The position numbers and the translations under genes were made by a program. DNA of 64,000 nt from a virus (Duplodnaviria; Heunggongvirae; Uroviricota; Caudoviricetes), in the IMG/VR virus record IMGVR_UViG_3300045049_000270. One strand, given 5' to 3'. Under the pieces are notes generated by a model, which was not told the origin of the DNA, ran no database searches, and worked only from the letters and a program-made list of their open reading frames with translations. Positions 25,617 through 33,902 of this stretch are shown here, in pieces. Position 1 is the first letter of the stretch. The number at the start of each line of letters is the position of its first letter.

Positions 25617-25861
25617 AGATTTGATCCATATTTAAAATAATCGTACATAGAATGATAGGGGGTTTATATGTACGATTTGTTGATTGGGTTACTGTTCGGT
25701 ACCGGTTTTGTTGTTTTTATGCTAATTCCCTTGATGGTGAAAAACATGAAATATGAGTTTCCTGCCTCAAGAGAACATGAATTTTACGGCCGTTGAAAAC
25801 GCTTTACTTCTTGCTCATTTGAATTTACCATAAGAATATGGTAAATGAATAGGGAGTTCGT

Positions 25862-26155
25862 ATGGTGCTAGTATTCATTAAGGTTTCGGACGGGCAAGTG
25901 GGCCCTGGCGGCGCTCATGACTTTGTGGGTACAGTGAGCAGCATCGACCCTAAAGATGTGCGAAAACTGCTTATTGACTGGCTCGGAAACGATTTCAGAA
26001 TGCAGCAGCAAGGTAGGTATGAAACTTTGTATTTGTCTGCTATTAGCAACGAAGGCGTGCGTTACGGCGCCACCCTGTGGGCTTTCAATGATCGTATCGA
26101 GCATCTTAGTTCAACTGAGCTAGAAGATATTGGTGACTTGAGCGGCCCTTACTAA
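25862..26155 (+). CDS. hypothetical protein
   Basis: variant promoter at 25803; GGGAG RBS. Confidence 0.45.
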   Translation: MVLVFIKVSDGQVGPGGAHDFVGTVSSIDPKDVRKLLIDWLGNDFRMQQQGRYETLYLSAISNEGVRYGATLWAFNDRIEHLSSTELEDIGDLSGPY

Positions 26156-26160
26156 AAACC

Positions 26161-26215
26161 TTGCAACCAGGTTCAGATGATCTTATCATAAGAACATGGT
26201 TAAAACAAGGGAGAA
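26161..26215 (+). promoter_or_regulatory. family-P promoter cassette
   Basis: TTGCAA-N17-TATCAT; CCAGGTTCAGATGATC; AAGAACATGGTTAAAACAAGGGAG. Confidence 0.6.
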
Positions 26216-26219
26216 GCAA

Positions 26220-26507
26220 ATGTCGATTGGCGCACTGATCAAAGACAACGGTTTCAAGTACGATCCATCGAGCAGTGGTTGGAGGGGCTTTTATTCGATT
26301 GCTGGTTACGTGCCGAAAGCTGCACTGGTCAGAAAAGGCGTAGATGGATACTTCGAAGTGCATTGTGATCGTGACTTTGACACGAAAGTGACGACGTACA
26401 CTTGCAAGGGTAGTATCAAGCGCAAGGATGGCACGATCAAACAGATCAACATGACGAGCACGGACGAGACCGTGATAAAAGAGAAGCTGAAAGAATTGTT
26501 TGCGTAA
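26220..26507 (+). CDS. hypothetical protein
   Basis: family-P promoter at 26161; GGGAGAAGCAA then ATG. Confidence 0.45.
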   Translation: MSIGALIKDNGFKYDPSSSGWRGFYSIAGYVPKAALVRKGVDGYFEVHCDRDFDTKVTTYTCKGSIKRKDGTIKQINMTSTDETVIKEKLKELFA

Positions 26508-26522
26508 AACAAAGCAGGAATC

Positions 26523-26548
26523 AAAAGGGCCACAACCGTGGCCCTTTT
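26523..26548 (+). terminator. rho-independent terminator
   Basis: AAAAGGGCCAC-AAC-CGTGGCCCTTTTG. Confidence 0.7.
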
Positions 26549-26604
26549 GCCATTCGCAACACAAAACATGATGCGAAAAAGAATGTCAAAGCCTCATTTA
26601 GTGC

Positions 26605-26683
26605 TTGACGTGAGCATCAAATGAACGTATTATTTGATACATGGTAAGCAGTGAAGACAACGCAACAAACTTTACAGGAGATC
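26605..26683 (+). promoter_or_regulatory. family-P promoter cassette (long leader) upstream of WGR paralog 4
   Basis: TTGACG-N17-TATTAT; CATCAAATGAACG; TTGATACATGGTAAGCAG ... CAGGAG. Confidence 0.55.
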
Positions 26684-26686
26684 GAA

Positions 26687-27046
26687 ATGGCAAATGTCGA
26701 AATCATCAAGTTTGGTCACTTCTACAACGAAGGTGCTCGTGGTGAAGCAGGTGGCGCGGCAAGCAATGATAAGATCTGGGGTGTGGCAAAGATCGACGGC
26801 AAGTTGGTCAACTTCTGGGGCCGCCGCAACGGCAAGCTGAAGTTCAAGACGCGTTATCTCAGCGAGATGGGTAAGGTCATGGAAAAGTGGGCCGAAAAGA
26901 TTGGTGGCCGCACTGATGGTGGCGATGTCTATACTCCGATTCTCTCGGCAACGATGCAAATGACGCTGTGCCCGCGTCTCGTACAAGATGTCACGAAGCA
27001 CTTCTATATCGATCTTGCAAAGGGCAAGGTTAATACGAATCACTAA
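26687..27046 (+). CDS. WGR-domain-like protein, paralog 4
   Basis: MANVEIIKFGHFYNEG...SNDKIWGVAKIDGKLVNFWGRRNGKLKFKT; family-P promoter at 26605. Confidence 0.55.
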   Translation: MANVEIIKFGHFYNEGARGEAGGAASNDKIWGVAKIDGKLVNFWGRRNGKLKFKTRYLSEMGKVMEKWAEKIGGRTDGGDVYTPILSATMQMTLCPRLVQDVTKHFYIDLAKGKVNTNH

Positions 27047-27082
27047 ACCAGAATTGGCATTAACCCACCAAACGGTGCTACA

Positions 27083-27110
27083 ATAAGGGGAACAGCGTTC
27101 CCCTTATTTC
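27083..27110 (+). terminator. rho-independent terminator
   Basis: ATAAGGGGAAC-AGC-GTTCCCCTTATTTC. Confidence 0.7.
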
Positions 27111-27112
27111 AT

Positions 27113-27376
27113 ATGCAATTGATCATCATGACCGTTCACGACTTCATTACTGAGCAAAATCAGGAAGTTCGGCGTCGCGTCTACAACAAACTCAAATTCA
27201 CACCAGCTTGTGTGCTGCGTACCAAAGGAGTGGCGGCTTCTGCCCTGGTGCGCGAAAACCTAGAGTGGTTCATTAAAAATACGGCTGGAGCTTGTTTTCA
27301 ACCAATATTTTGTAATGCCATTTATTTTGAATCTATGGCAGATGCAATTGCTTGTAAATTGGCGCTAGAAAAATGA
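27113..27376 (+). CDS. LTWG-family paralog (divergent)
   Basis: C-terminus AIYFESMADAIACKLALEK. Confidence 0.4.
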   Translation: MQLIIMTVHDFITEQNQEVRRRVYNKLKFTPACVLRTKGVAASALVRENLEWFIKNTAGACFQPIFCNAIYFESMADAIACKLALEK

Positions 27377-27723
27377 AAACACTTCACGACGTTATTAGTG
27401 AGCATTATAATGCTAGGGATGATGTCCAAAAGAAAGAAGCCGATCGAGACCATATTATCAAGTTGTTTGAAACAAAAGTGAATATGTTTGATTATAATCC
27501 AACAGCATTTTTCATTTTTAATTTCAGGCATCTTGAAAAAATCATGTCCGAACGTAAAAAATTCGATGGTTCAATTATGAATTGGCTTCATCAAAACATG
27601 AGTGGTCGGTTTTCAGTATTAAGAATCGAGCAAGCAACAGAACGGATTGGCTCTGGTATTTCAAGGTTGCTGTGTTTCCAGAATGAACATGATGCTGTTT
27701 TATTCAAACTAACTTGGTGCTGA
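27373..27723 (+). CDS. LTWG-family paralog
   Basis: C-terminus LLCFQNEHDAVLFKLTWC; ATGA overlap. Confidence 0.5.
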   Translation: MKTLHDVISEHYNARDDVQKKEADRDHIIKLFETKVNMFDYNPTAFFIFNFRHLEKIMSERKKFDGSIMNWLHQNMSGRFSVLRIEQATERIGSGISRLLCFQNEHDAVLFKLTWC

Positions 27724-27724
27724 T

Positions 27725-28066
27725 ATGAAATATGATGAATTGATGAAAATGGCAATTGATCGGGCGATCAATGAAACTAAAACTAGAGTTGAGCATTCAA
27801 CTGCTCACTCATTTGAGGGACCAAATGTTGAATATTTTGTTATTCAAAGCTATGAAGCGTATGATCGGATGACAGACGAATTGAAAACTGACCAGGCAAA
27901 TGGCTTACGCTATTTTTCGAAACACGATATCGTTCGCTGGTCCGATGATTACGGTGCTATCGTTGAAGTGGCAAATCCTGATATCCTATTCGGTTTAAAG
28001 TGTCGCCTTTGGGGATTTGAACGAGAAACCGACGCTATTGGCTTCAGACTCACCTGGTGTGCTTGA
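27725..28066 (+). CDS. LTWG-family paralog
   Basis: C-terminus LWGFERETDAIGFRLTWC. Confidence 0.5.
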   Translation: MKYDELMKMAIDRAINETKTRVEHSTAHSFEGPNVEYFVIQSYEAYDRMTDELKTDQANGLRYFSKHDIVRWSDDYGAIVEVANPDILFGLKCRLWGFERETDAIGFRLTWCA

Positions 28067-28118
28067 TTTTGCCTTCATATGAAGCTATCATTTGGTTAGA
28101 TAGATGATAGCAGGAGAT
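28064..28118 (+). promoter_or_regulatory. family-P promoter cassette
   Basis: TTGATT-N16-TATCAT; CTTCATATGAAGC spacer. Confidence 0.5.
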
Positions 28119-28122
28119 TAAC

Positions 28123-28440
28123 ATGAAGCGTAGTCAAGTGCAAAAGCTTGAAGCAGTGCTCGAAAACGCGAAAATCCCGAACGCCTTTTGGCCAGGAATC
28201 ATTCGAGGCGTTGACGATCTCGAGTTTGTTCCTGATGGCTACGTGGTGCTTACCAACATTCATCGAGACAACTTCCGCTCGAAAGGCTACAAAACAAAAG
28301 ACTTGGATGAATGGCTTGATAATAATACTAGCGGGCAGTTTGGTGCTATTGTCACTTCAGCACCTGGCATAAATGCAATCTGGTGTTTCGAGGACCTTGG
28401 TGATGCAGCAATGTTCAAGCTCATGTACGGTGTTGAATAA
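28123..28440 (+). CDS. LTWG-family paralog
   Basis: C-terminus IWCFEDLGDAAMFKLMYG; family-P promoter at 28064. Confidence 0.5.
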   Translation: MKRSQVQKLEAVLENAKIPNAFWPGIIRGVDDLEFVPDGYVVLTNIHRDNFRSKGYKTKDLDEWLDNNTSGQFGAIVTSAPGINAIWCFEDLGDAAMFKLMYGVE

Positions 28441-28715
28441 TGAAATACAGTACATGGCTTGCTGAAATGTCGGATGTTGATCGGATGGTCTGGCATTTTC
28501 ATTTTAAAGATTTCAAATGGCCCATCAACTTCGTAGTACAGTGCCGTCCGCCCAAAACGGCTGGTGAAGTATTCGAGCGATATACTTGGTTGGATGAAAA
28601 TGTAGATTCTCCCTATACGTGGGAAGAACAGCTAGTGCCACCGGGCTTGTATTACTTTTTCGAAAATGAGATGGAAGCATTGCAGTTCAAACTAACGTAT
28701 GGATATGAACACTGA
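28440..28715 (+). CDS. LTWG-family paralog
   Basis: C-terminus YYFFENEMEALQFKLTYG; TAATG overlap. Confidence 0.5.
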   Translation: MKYSTWLAEMSDVDRMVWHFHFKDFKWPINFVVQCRPPKTAGEVFERYTWLDENVDSPYTWEEQLVPPGLYYFFENEMEALQFKLTYGYEH

Positions 28716-28987
28716 TGAATGCCATTGAATGGGTTGAATTACTGCAATCGTTGGACAGGAAATCAACCGATAGTAGTGAAGTGATGCTCAAACGATTGTT
28801 TCCGTTCAAGTTCAAACTCATGCGCAATACAACTGAGCAAAAGCAGCTCATAGCTGAAGCTACAGATTGGTTGCTGAACAATGCCACCAGCGATGAATAT
28901 GTGTGGTTGGCATCAACCGTTCACTTCAAAGATGATGTTGTAGCAATGCAGTTTAGGCTAACATTCACCGACATAGTCAGCAGTTGA
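28715..28987 (+). CDS. LTWG-family paralog
   Basis: C-terminus STVHFKDDVVAMQFRLTF; ATGA-type overlap. Confidence 0.45.
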   Translation: MNAIEWVELLQSLDRKSTDSSEVMLKRLFPFKFKLMRNTTEQKQLIAEATDWLLNNATSDEYVWLASTVHFKDDVVAMQFRLTFTDIVSS

Positions 28988-29042
28988 CTGTGAATTCAAA
29001 TGAGCGCATCATAGCATTTTCTATAAACGAAATAAGAAGACA

Positions 29043-29495
29043 ATGAACTTTAAATCACCTAAGTATGCTCGATTGACGACTCTTCCGATTGATTTGGTGA
29101 TTCTTGCTATTAAAGAGCAGGAAGGAGTTCGTTCTAATTCGCGTGTCGAACTAGGCGGTGTAATGGTCAAGCTTTCTAGTTTGCGTCTACGTTGTTTCGC
29201 AAACAAAGGTACAATCTGTGAGTATTGCAAATTGCCAGCCCAATATTTTGCAGTTGAGCGCAGTCTTGCAGATGAAGAAAAAGGCCGACCCTACCATATC
29301 AACCTATGGGGTATTGGTCCTGATGGCGAAGAGGTTCTATTCACGCATGATCATGTTCTAGCCCGTGCTCTTGGTGGGGCTCCAAATGACTTGGAGAATG
29401 CAGTAACTAGCTGTGGTCCATGTAATTGGAGAAAAGGTCTAGAAGAACAAAAACTAGTAGAAAAACTGAGTGAGAATAATGAGCAAACGGATTGA
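29043..29495 (+). CDS. HNH endonuclease
   Basis: CEYCK...FTHDHVLARALGGAPNDLENAVTSCGPCNWRKG (HNH with zinc ligands). Confidence 0.7.
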   Translation: MNFKSPKYARLTTLPIDLVILAIKEQEGVRSNSRVELGGVMVKLSSLRLRCFANKGTICEYCKLPAQYFAVERSLADEEKGRPYHINLWGIGPDGEEVLFTHDHVLARALGGAPNDLENAVTSCGPCNWRKGLEEQKLVEKLSENNEQTD

Positions 29496-29706
29496 AATTT
29501 ACGGTAAGTTTTATCGCAAACGTCGCGGGAAGCTGGTTGAGATTCCTACCGAATGGGTTGGTAAGGTAACGCATCCTCAGACTATTCGAAACCGTCCAAG
29601 CAAACTGATCAACAAACGCAAGCGAGATGCCAACGGTGGTAGTTCCGCAAAGTTTTGGTCAGCCACGGAATTCAAAGATCAACGTGATTTTCCTATTGAG
29701 GATTGA
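29479..29706 (+). CDS. hypothetical basic protein
   Basis: overlaps the HNH gene's 3' end; Lys/Arg-rich. Confidence 0.4.
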   Translation: MSKRIEIYGKFYRKRRGKLVEIPTEWVGKVTHPQTIRNRPSKLINKRKRDANGGSSAKFWSATEFKDQRDFPIED

Positions 29707-29708
29707 AT

Positions 29709-30011
29709 ATGAGCGACATTCAAGAACAGAAGTGGGCACCTCATGAGAAGGTATTGGTGCTTTACTACAATGCCAAAACATCTGGTAAATTCAACAAAAG
29801 GTTTGCAAATGAACTAAATCAACTTCCTCTGCCTGAATGCCAGGAGGCTATTCAAGCAGCATTCAATGTGCTTGGTTTTTCACGTGACATCGAAATGATC
29901 ACTGATGATCGAACACTGTTTGGCTGGGTGATGGCTACTGCTCTTGGTGCAAGCTGGAATCCTGATGCAAACAAATACCAAACGCGAGAAGAACGTCTCG
30001 ATTATTTGTGA
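29709..30011 (+). CDS. hypothetical protein
   Basis: ATG 3 nt after the upstream stop. Confidence 0.45.
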   Translation: MSDIQEQKWAPHEKVLVLYYNAKTSGKFNKRFANELNQLPLPECQEAIQAAFNVLGFSRDIEMITDDRTLFGWVMATALGASWNPDANKYQTREERLDYL

Positions 30012-30018
30012 AAAAATG

Positions 30019-30078
30019 TTGATTCGACCACCAAGTGAACTTACCATCTGAGCATGGTAAGCAAACACAAGGAGAGTT
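30019..30078 (+). promoter_or_regulatory. family-P promoter cassette
   Basis: TTGATT-N17-TACCAT; CTGAGCATGGTAAGCAAACACAAGGAG. Confidence 0.55.
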
Positions 30079-30081
30079 TAA

Positions 30082-30480
30082 ATGGGTCTCAAAGCATTCG
30101 ATTACTACAAAACAGTGCCGATGGCTTACCCGCGCCGTTCAGATTACACGAAGGTTTTCGTATACAGAAAGGGTAAAACGATCGTAAATGGCATCAAACG
30201 CAGTGAAATAGACGGAAATGCGATTAAGGAATATCGCGATACTGGTTGCCTTATCGAAGAAACCTTCGATAAGGATGCCTTCTTCGTAGATACTCGTGCT
30301 TACAGTAATCTGTGTAGTGAACTGGAAAAAGAATTCAAGCGTGATCTGTTCGATCAGCATGGAGTGACAGGCCACCCCAAAGCAGAACGCGCATTTCAAC
30401 TTGCTTGGGATTACGGCCATAGCTCTGGATTCCAAGAAGTAGCGAACTATTTCGACGATCTTGCTGATCTGCTGAAATAA
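30082..30480 (+). CDS. hypothetical protein (132 aa)
   Basis: family-P promoter at 30019; AAGGAG RBS; terminator at 30497. Confidence 0.5.
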   Translation: MGLKAFDYYKTVPMAYPRRSDYTKVFVYRKGKTIVNGIKRSEIDGNAIKEYRDTGCLIEETFDKDAFFVDTRAYSNLCSELEKEFKRDLFDQHGVTGHPKAERAFQLAWDYGHSSGFQEVANYFDDLADLLK

Positions 30481-30496
30481 GCGACAAATGCAATAC

Positions 30497-30535
30497 ACTG
30501 AAGGCCTCACAATTGTGAGGCCTTCAGTCATTTGA
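30497..30535 (+). terminator. rho-independent terminator
   Basis: ACTGAAGGCCTCACAATTGTGAGGCCTTCAGT then CATTTG. Confidence 0.6.
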
Positions 30536-30538
30536 TAC

Positions 30539-30596
30539 TTGATGTCATCACCAAATGAACTTACACTAAGAGCATGGTGAATCAAAACAGGAGGAC
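30539..30596 (+). promoter_or_regulatory. family-P promoter cassette
   Basis: TTGATG-N17-TACACT; CACCAAATGAACT; AGAGCATGGTGAATCAAAACAGGAGG. Confidence 0.5.
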
Positions 30597-30599
30597 AAG

Positions 30600-30791
30600 A
30601 TGACTAAGAGGATTATGGAAGCAGTCAAGCGTAATCAGCTTTACAAATCGGCTGACGGCTATGTGCTCGAGCGAAACCTTGAAGACGATTGGATCCTTCG
30701 TGATGCCAATGGCAAGGAACTAGATCGTGGTGGTTGGCGTAACGATATAGCAGAGCGGCATAACCTAGTACTGAAACCCTATTGCATTTAA
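30600..30791 (+). CDS. hypothetical protein (63 aa)
   Basis: family-P promoter at 30539; AGGAGG RBS. Confidence 0.4.
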   Translation: MTKRIMEAVKRNQLYKSADGYVLERNLEDDWILRDANGKELDRGGWRNDIAERHNLVLKPYCI

Positions 30792-30794
30792 TGC

Positions 30795-30850
30795 TTGCAT
30801 TATGAACCAAATGAATGCAAAATAGGAACATGGTAAACGACAAGGAGCAA
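30795..30850 (+). promoter_or_regulatory. family-P promoter cassette
   Basis: TTGCAT-N17-CAAAAT; AACCAAATGAATG; GGAACATGGTAAACGACAAGGAG. Confidence 0.55.
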
Positions 30851-30853
30851 GCA

Positions 30854-31504
30854 ATGGCACAAACTAATGTAGAACTGTTCGTCGTTGGCGCAGAAATCGA
30901 TCTTAAAGATGCTAGTCAAGCAAAGAAATTTGGTCGTTCGCGCATCATCAACATCGAACGTGCTCCTCGCAGTGCAAATACCACATTCCACTTCGAATCA
31001 GTTGCAACTGGCAAAGCGTGGCACTGGAAATTCCGTGATTACCTGGATGGTGCTTGCAATCGACTTGCGACATATGCCAGTGTTGTAAAAAAAGCTACAG
31101 CTGAAACTGTGAAGAAAGCTGCTGACAAACAACGTGATCTGTACGAGCGTGATTTTGCATCATTCAAAAACGTGATTTTGGAACAGAACGTCCAACCCGG
31201 CGACACGGTTACGGTCACAACTCCTGACAAGAGCTACGACTTCAACGTGTGCGAGATTGATTTCGGCAAAAGTCGATTGAGAGGGTTCAATGTCAACACA
31301 TCGTACACCAGCGTCGGATCACGTATGGGGTGGGTAAGCTTCAAACACCCGGACGTTAAAATCAAGATGAAGAAAAAGAACGCATTCAACGTTAGCTTGG
31401 ATGCTTGCTATAACGCGCACAAGGCTGCGGCCGCTGAAGTTGGTGAAAAGCGGGCTAATACACGTGCTCGCCGAAAGCAGCTACGAGATCGTTTTGGATG
31501 GTAA
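30854..31504 (+). CDS. hypothetical protein (216 aa)
   Basis: family-P promoter at 30795; AAGGAG RBS; terminator at 31515. Confidence 0.5.
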   Translation: MAQTNVELFVVGAEIDLKDASQAKKFGRSRIINIERAPRSANTTFHFESVATGKAWHWKFRDYLDGACNRLATYASVVKKATAETVKKAADKQRDLYERDFASFKNVILEQNVQPGDTVTVTTPDKSYDFNVCEIDFGKSRLRGFNVNTSYTSVGSRMGWVSFKHPDVKIKMKKKNAFNVSLDACYNAHKAAAAEVGEKRANTRARRKQLRDRFGW

Positions 31505-31514
31505 GCGAAAGTTT

Positions 31515-31543
31515 TGAGGAAAAACGGTTCCGTTTTTCCTCAT
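31515..31543 (+). terminator. rho-independent terminator
   Basis: GAGGAAAAACGG-TTC-CGTTTTTCCTC. Confidence 0.65.
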
Positions 31544-31586
31544 CATCATAGTATAATTGGCGCACCAAACAACCTATGGGGGTTAA

Positions 31587-32417
31587 ATGAAACGTACTAT
31601 TGGCTTTATTGTTGCACTCGCTATTGGTGCAATGTTGATGACGAGTGGTTGCACTCGCATTGAATCAGGCAATGTCGGCATTGTCAAACATTGGGGCGGC
31701 AAAATCGATCCTGAAGTGTTGGAACCTGGTTTCCATTTCATGATTTTCGATTCGCTGCTCGCAGAAGTTGATGCAACTCCTACACGAGTGGCAGTGAATA
31801 ATCTCACACCGAAAGATGCTGACGGCGTACCAGTTGACGATCTGGATATCGTTGTAACATATAAACTCAATGCACCATATGTATCAAAGTTCTATACTGG
31901 AACACATGAACTGGATACGTACAAAGATGGTAGTGGGCGTGAATACACTACTATTGGGCTTGAAGCTATCAAGCAATTGGCTCCTGGTGTTATGCAAACC
32001 GCAACGGAAACCGATGACCCTGTTGCTATTGCGAAGAATACGCAATTGTATGATGCGAAAGCTTCTGCTGAATTCAAACGTGTGCTTGATGCACGATATC
32101 CAAATGCGTTCGATTCAGTATCAGTGCTCACATTACATTTCAAATTGCCCGATTCTATTCAACAACAAGTGAATGCAGTAGCGGCATTTAATGCTGAAGC
32201 AGAACGCAACAAGGCTGAATTGGCGTTGATTGCACAACGCAAGGAACTTGCGAGCAAGAAAGCAACCGTAGACGCTGAGGCGCTTCGTGCCGCTGCTGAT
32301 GCTGCCCACCTCACACCCGAAGAGGTGATTGCGTGGCGCAACGCCAATGCCGCTCAGACCCAAGCTGAAAATATCGGTGGTGTTGCAAAAGTGATCGATG
32401 TAAGTACCAAGAAATAA
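31587..32417 (+). CDS. SPFH/band-7 domain lipoprotein
   Basis: lipobox LMTSGC; SPFH-like SGNVGIVKHWGG...LEPGFHF...DLDIVVTYKLN; Ala-rich coiled-coil C-terminus. Confidence 0.6.
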   Translation: MKRTIGFIVALAIGAMLMTSGCTRIESGNVGIVKHWGGKIDPEVLEPGFHFMIFDSLLAEVDATPTRVAVNNLTPKDADGVPVDDLDIVVTYKLNAPYVSKFYTGTHELDTYKDGSGREYTTIGLEAIKQLAPGVMQTATETDDPVAIAKNTQLYDAKASAEFKRVLDARYPNAFDSVSVLTLHFKLPDSIQQQVNAVAAFNAEAERNKAELALIAQRKELASKKATVDAEALRAAADAAHLTPEEVIAWRNANAAQTQAENIGGVAKVIDVSTKK

Positions 32418-32432
32418 CGTAGTAGTCCTGTT

Positions 32433-32470
32433 AGTGGTAGGGTGAGGATCCTCACCCTACCACTCATTTG
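32433..32470 (+). terminator. rho-independent terminator
   Basis: GTGGTAGGGTGAGGATCCTCACCCTACCAC then TCATTTG. Confidence 0.6.
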
Positions 32471-32474
32471 GTCG

Positions 32475-32535
32475 TTGACAATTCATTCATATGAATGCAG
32501 AATACGATACATGGTAGACACAACAGGAGAATAGT
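32475..32535 (+). promoter_or_regulatory. family-P promoter cassette
   Basis: TTGACA-N17-CAGAAT; TTCATTCATATGAATG palindrome; GATACATGGTAGACACAACAGGAG. Confidence 0.55.
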
Positions 32536-32537
32536 TC

Positions 32538-32741
32538 ATGCAATTCACAGACAATGCTGTTGTAAAAATTGCTCGAGACACGAAGAAAGACTATGGTTTG
32601 ATGCTTGGTCGGACGGGTACTATCAAGATGAAATGCATGCGTAAGAACGGTGTTGATTATTACCAAGTTCGCATTGGTAGAGTGCCTTTTATCGATGTGA
32701 TCGAAGTTGCAGCATGTGACTTGGATCCGGCAACACCATAA
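32538..32741 (+). CDS. hypothetical protein (67 aa)
   Basis: family-P promoter at 32475; AGGAGAATAG RBS. Confidence 0.4.
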   Translation: MQFTDNAVVKIARDTKKDYGLMLGRTGTIKMKCMRKNGVDYYQVRIGRVPFIDVIEVAACDLDPATP

Positions 32742-32746
32742 AACAG

Positions 32747-32800
32747 TTGACACCATGTTCAGGTGAATGTATCATTTGAACATGGTAAAGAACAGGAGAT
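32747..32800 (+). promoter_or_regulatory. family-P promoter cassette (consensus copy)
   Basis: TTGACA-N17-TATCAT; CCATGTTCAGGTGAATG; TTGAACATGGTAAAGAACAGGAG. Confidence 0.65.
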
Positions 32801-32804
32801 AAAA

Positions 32805-33902
32805 ATGGTTATTTGGAAGGATATTGCTGTTCCCATCATCGAAAAACAGGTTCACATTCGTGCGCTTACTGGCGCCAAGTCTCGCCGTCGTTTCTCGTTT
32901 ATCAAGACTTTTGGCGATGTTCCTGTTGCCAACATTAACGAAATCACTGGCAAGCTTGAGCCTGTCGTCAACAATCGTGGTCGTGCTTATGCGGCACGCC
33001 TTCTGGAGCTCGACGCACAATTCCATTTTGTTGAGCAGCGTCCTCCCGCGCTGCGCGATGACGGCCCGGCGATCGCGCCTCACGGCCCTACATACCTCCC
33101 CGTCGTCGCGATTGAACGCGTCACTCACATCGGCGAGATGAACCCCGCCGCGCGCGACAGTACCGGGCAAAGCCTCGAAGGACATGCGCTGTCGGTCTCC
33201 ACGACACCCCACGCATGGGAGGAGATCGCCACCATCGGCGGTCGGCCGTGGTTTGAGCTGACGAACCACGATGCGAACTTCGTCGACGTCCTGGCACTGC
33301 TGGCCGACGAAACCCGGACAGCCGCATTACGCTCGTGGGCGCAGTCCGAAGGTCTGCTCCGACCGGAGCAACAATACCGCGCCTGGTATCTCGACACCGA
33401 TAGCGACGAATGGCACTACTTCGTCGCCGACTCGCGCGAAGCCGCATGGAGCGAGATCGATACCGGCGAATTCGATTCGCCCGACGATGCGCCTGGGCCC
33501 GACGGGAAACCGTGCATCGAACCGATCTGCCAATGGGTTGGCACGCCCGCCCTCGAATCGGCCGTCGGTCGAGTCGGTTTGAATCAGACCGAGAGCACGG
33601 ATATGGCCCTGATGATTTTCGTCGAGCGTCATTGTCCCGACATCGATGGCCTGTGGTGGACGGAGCAATACGATCCGCTGGCGCTCTCGGCGCCGCGCGG
33701 CGGAATACTTCCTGATCGGCTTGCTCGCTGGACGGCTACTCCGGTTTCCCGGCACCGGGTCGATGACGAAATCGCTTTGCCAGAAGCGAGCGAGATGCCA
33801 GTCCATCAGCCCGCGTTGAAGCCCGCTCATGAAGCGCAGCCAGTCGACGCAACGGCAAAGGATGCGCCGCATTCCCCACGTCGGCCCCCGCGGGCGCGAT
33901 GA
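32805..33902 (+). CDS. hypothetical protein encoded largely within a high-GC island
   Basis: family-P promoter at 32747; ORF becomes ~65% GC from ~32.9 kb; varied residue composition suggests real coding. Confidence 0.45.
   Translation: MVIWKDIAVPIIEKQVHIRALTGAKSRRRFSFIKTFGDVPVANINEITGKLEPVVNNRGRAYAARLLELDAQFHFVEQRPPALRDDGPAIAPHGPTYLPVVAIERVTHIGEMNPAARDSTGQSLEGHALSVSTTPHAWEEIATIGGRPWFELTNHDANFVDVLALLADETRTAALRSWAQSEGLLRPEQQYRAWYLDTDSDEWHYFVADSREAAWSEIDTGEFDSPDDAPGPDGKPCIEPICQWVGTPALESAVGRVGLNQTESTDMALMIFVERHCPDIDGLWWTEQYDPLALSAPRGGILPDRLARWTATPVSRHRVDDEIALPEASEMPVHQPALKPAHEAQPVDATAKDAPHSPRRPPRAR

Noticed and set aside
17727-32804. ORF-track N-terminal extensions such as MVNNHKEIKM..., MNVSFEHGKQTRRIKM... 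and MVNDKEM...
   Set aside because: These are translations of the conserved promoter leader (CATGGTAAACAA..AGGAG). The real starts are the ATG/GTG 5-9 nt after AGGAG, so I trimmed them.
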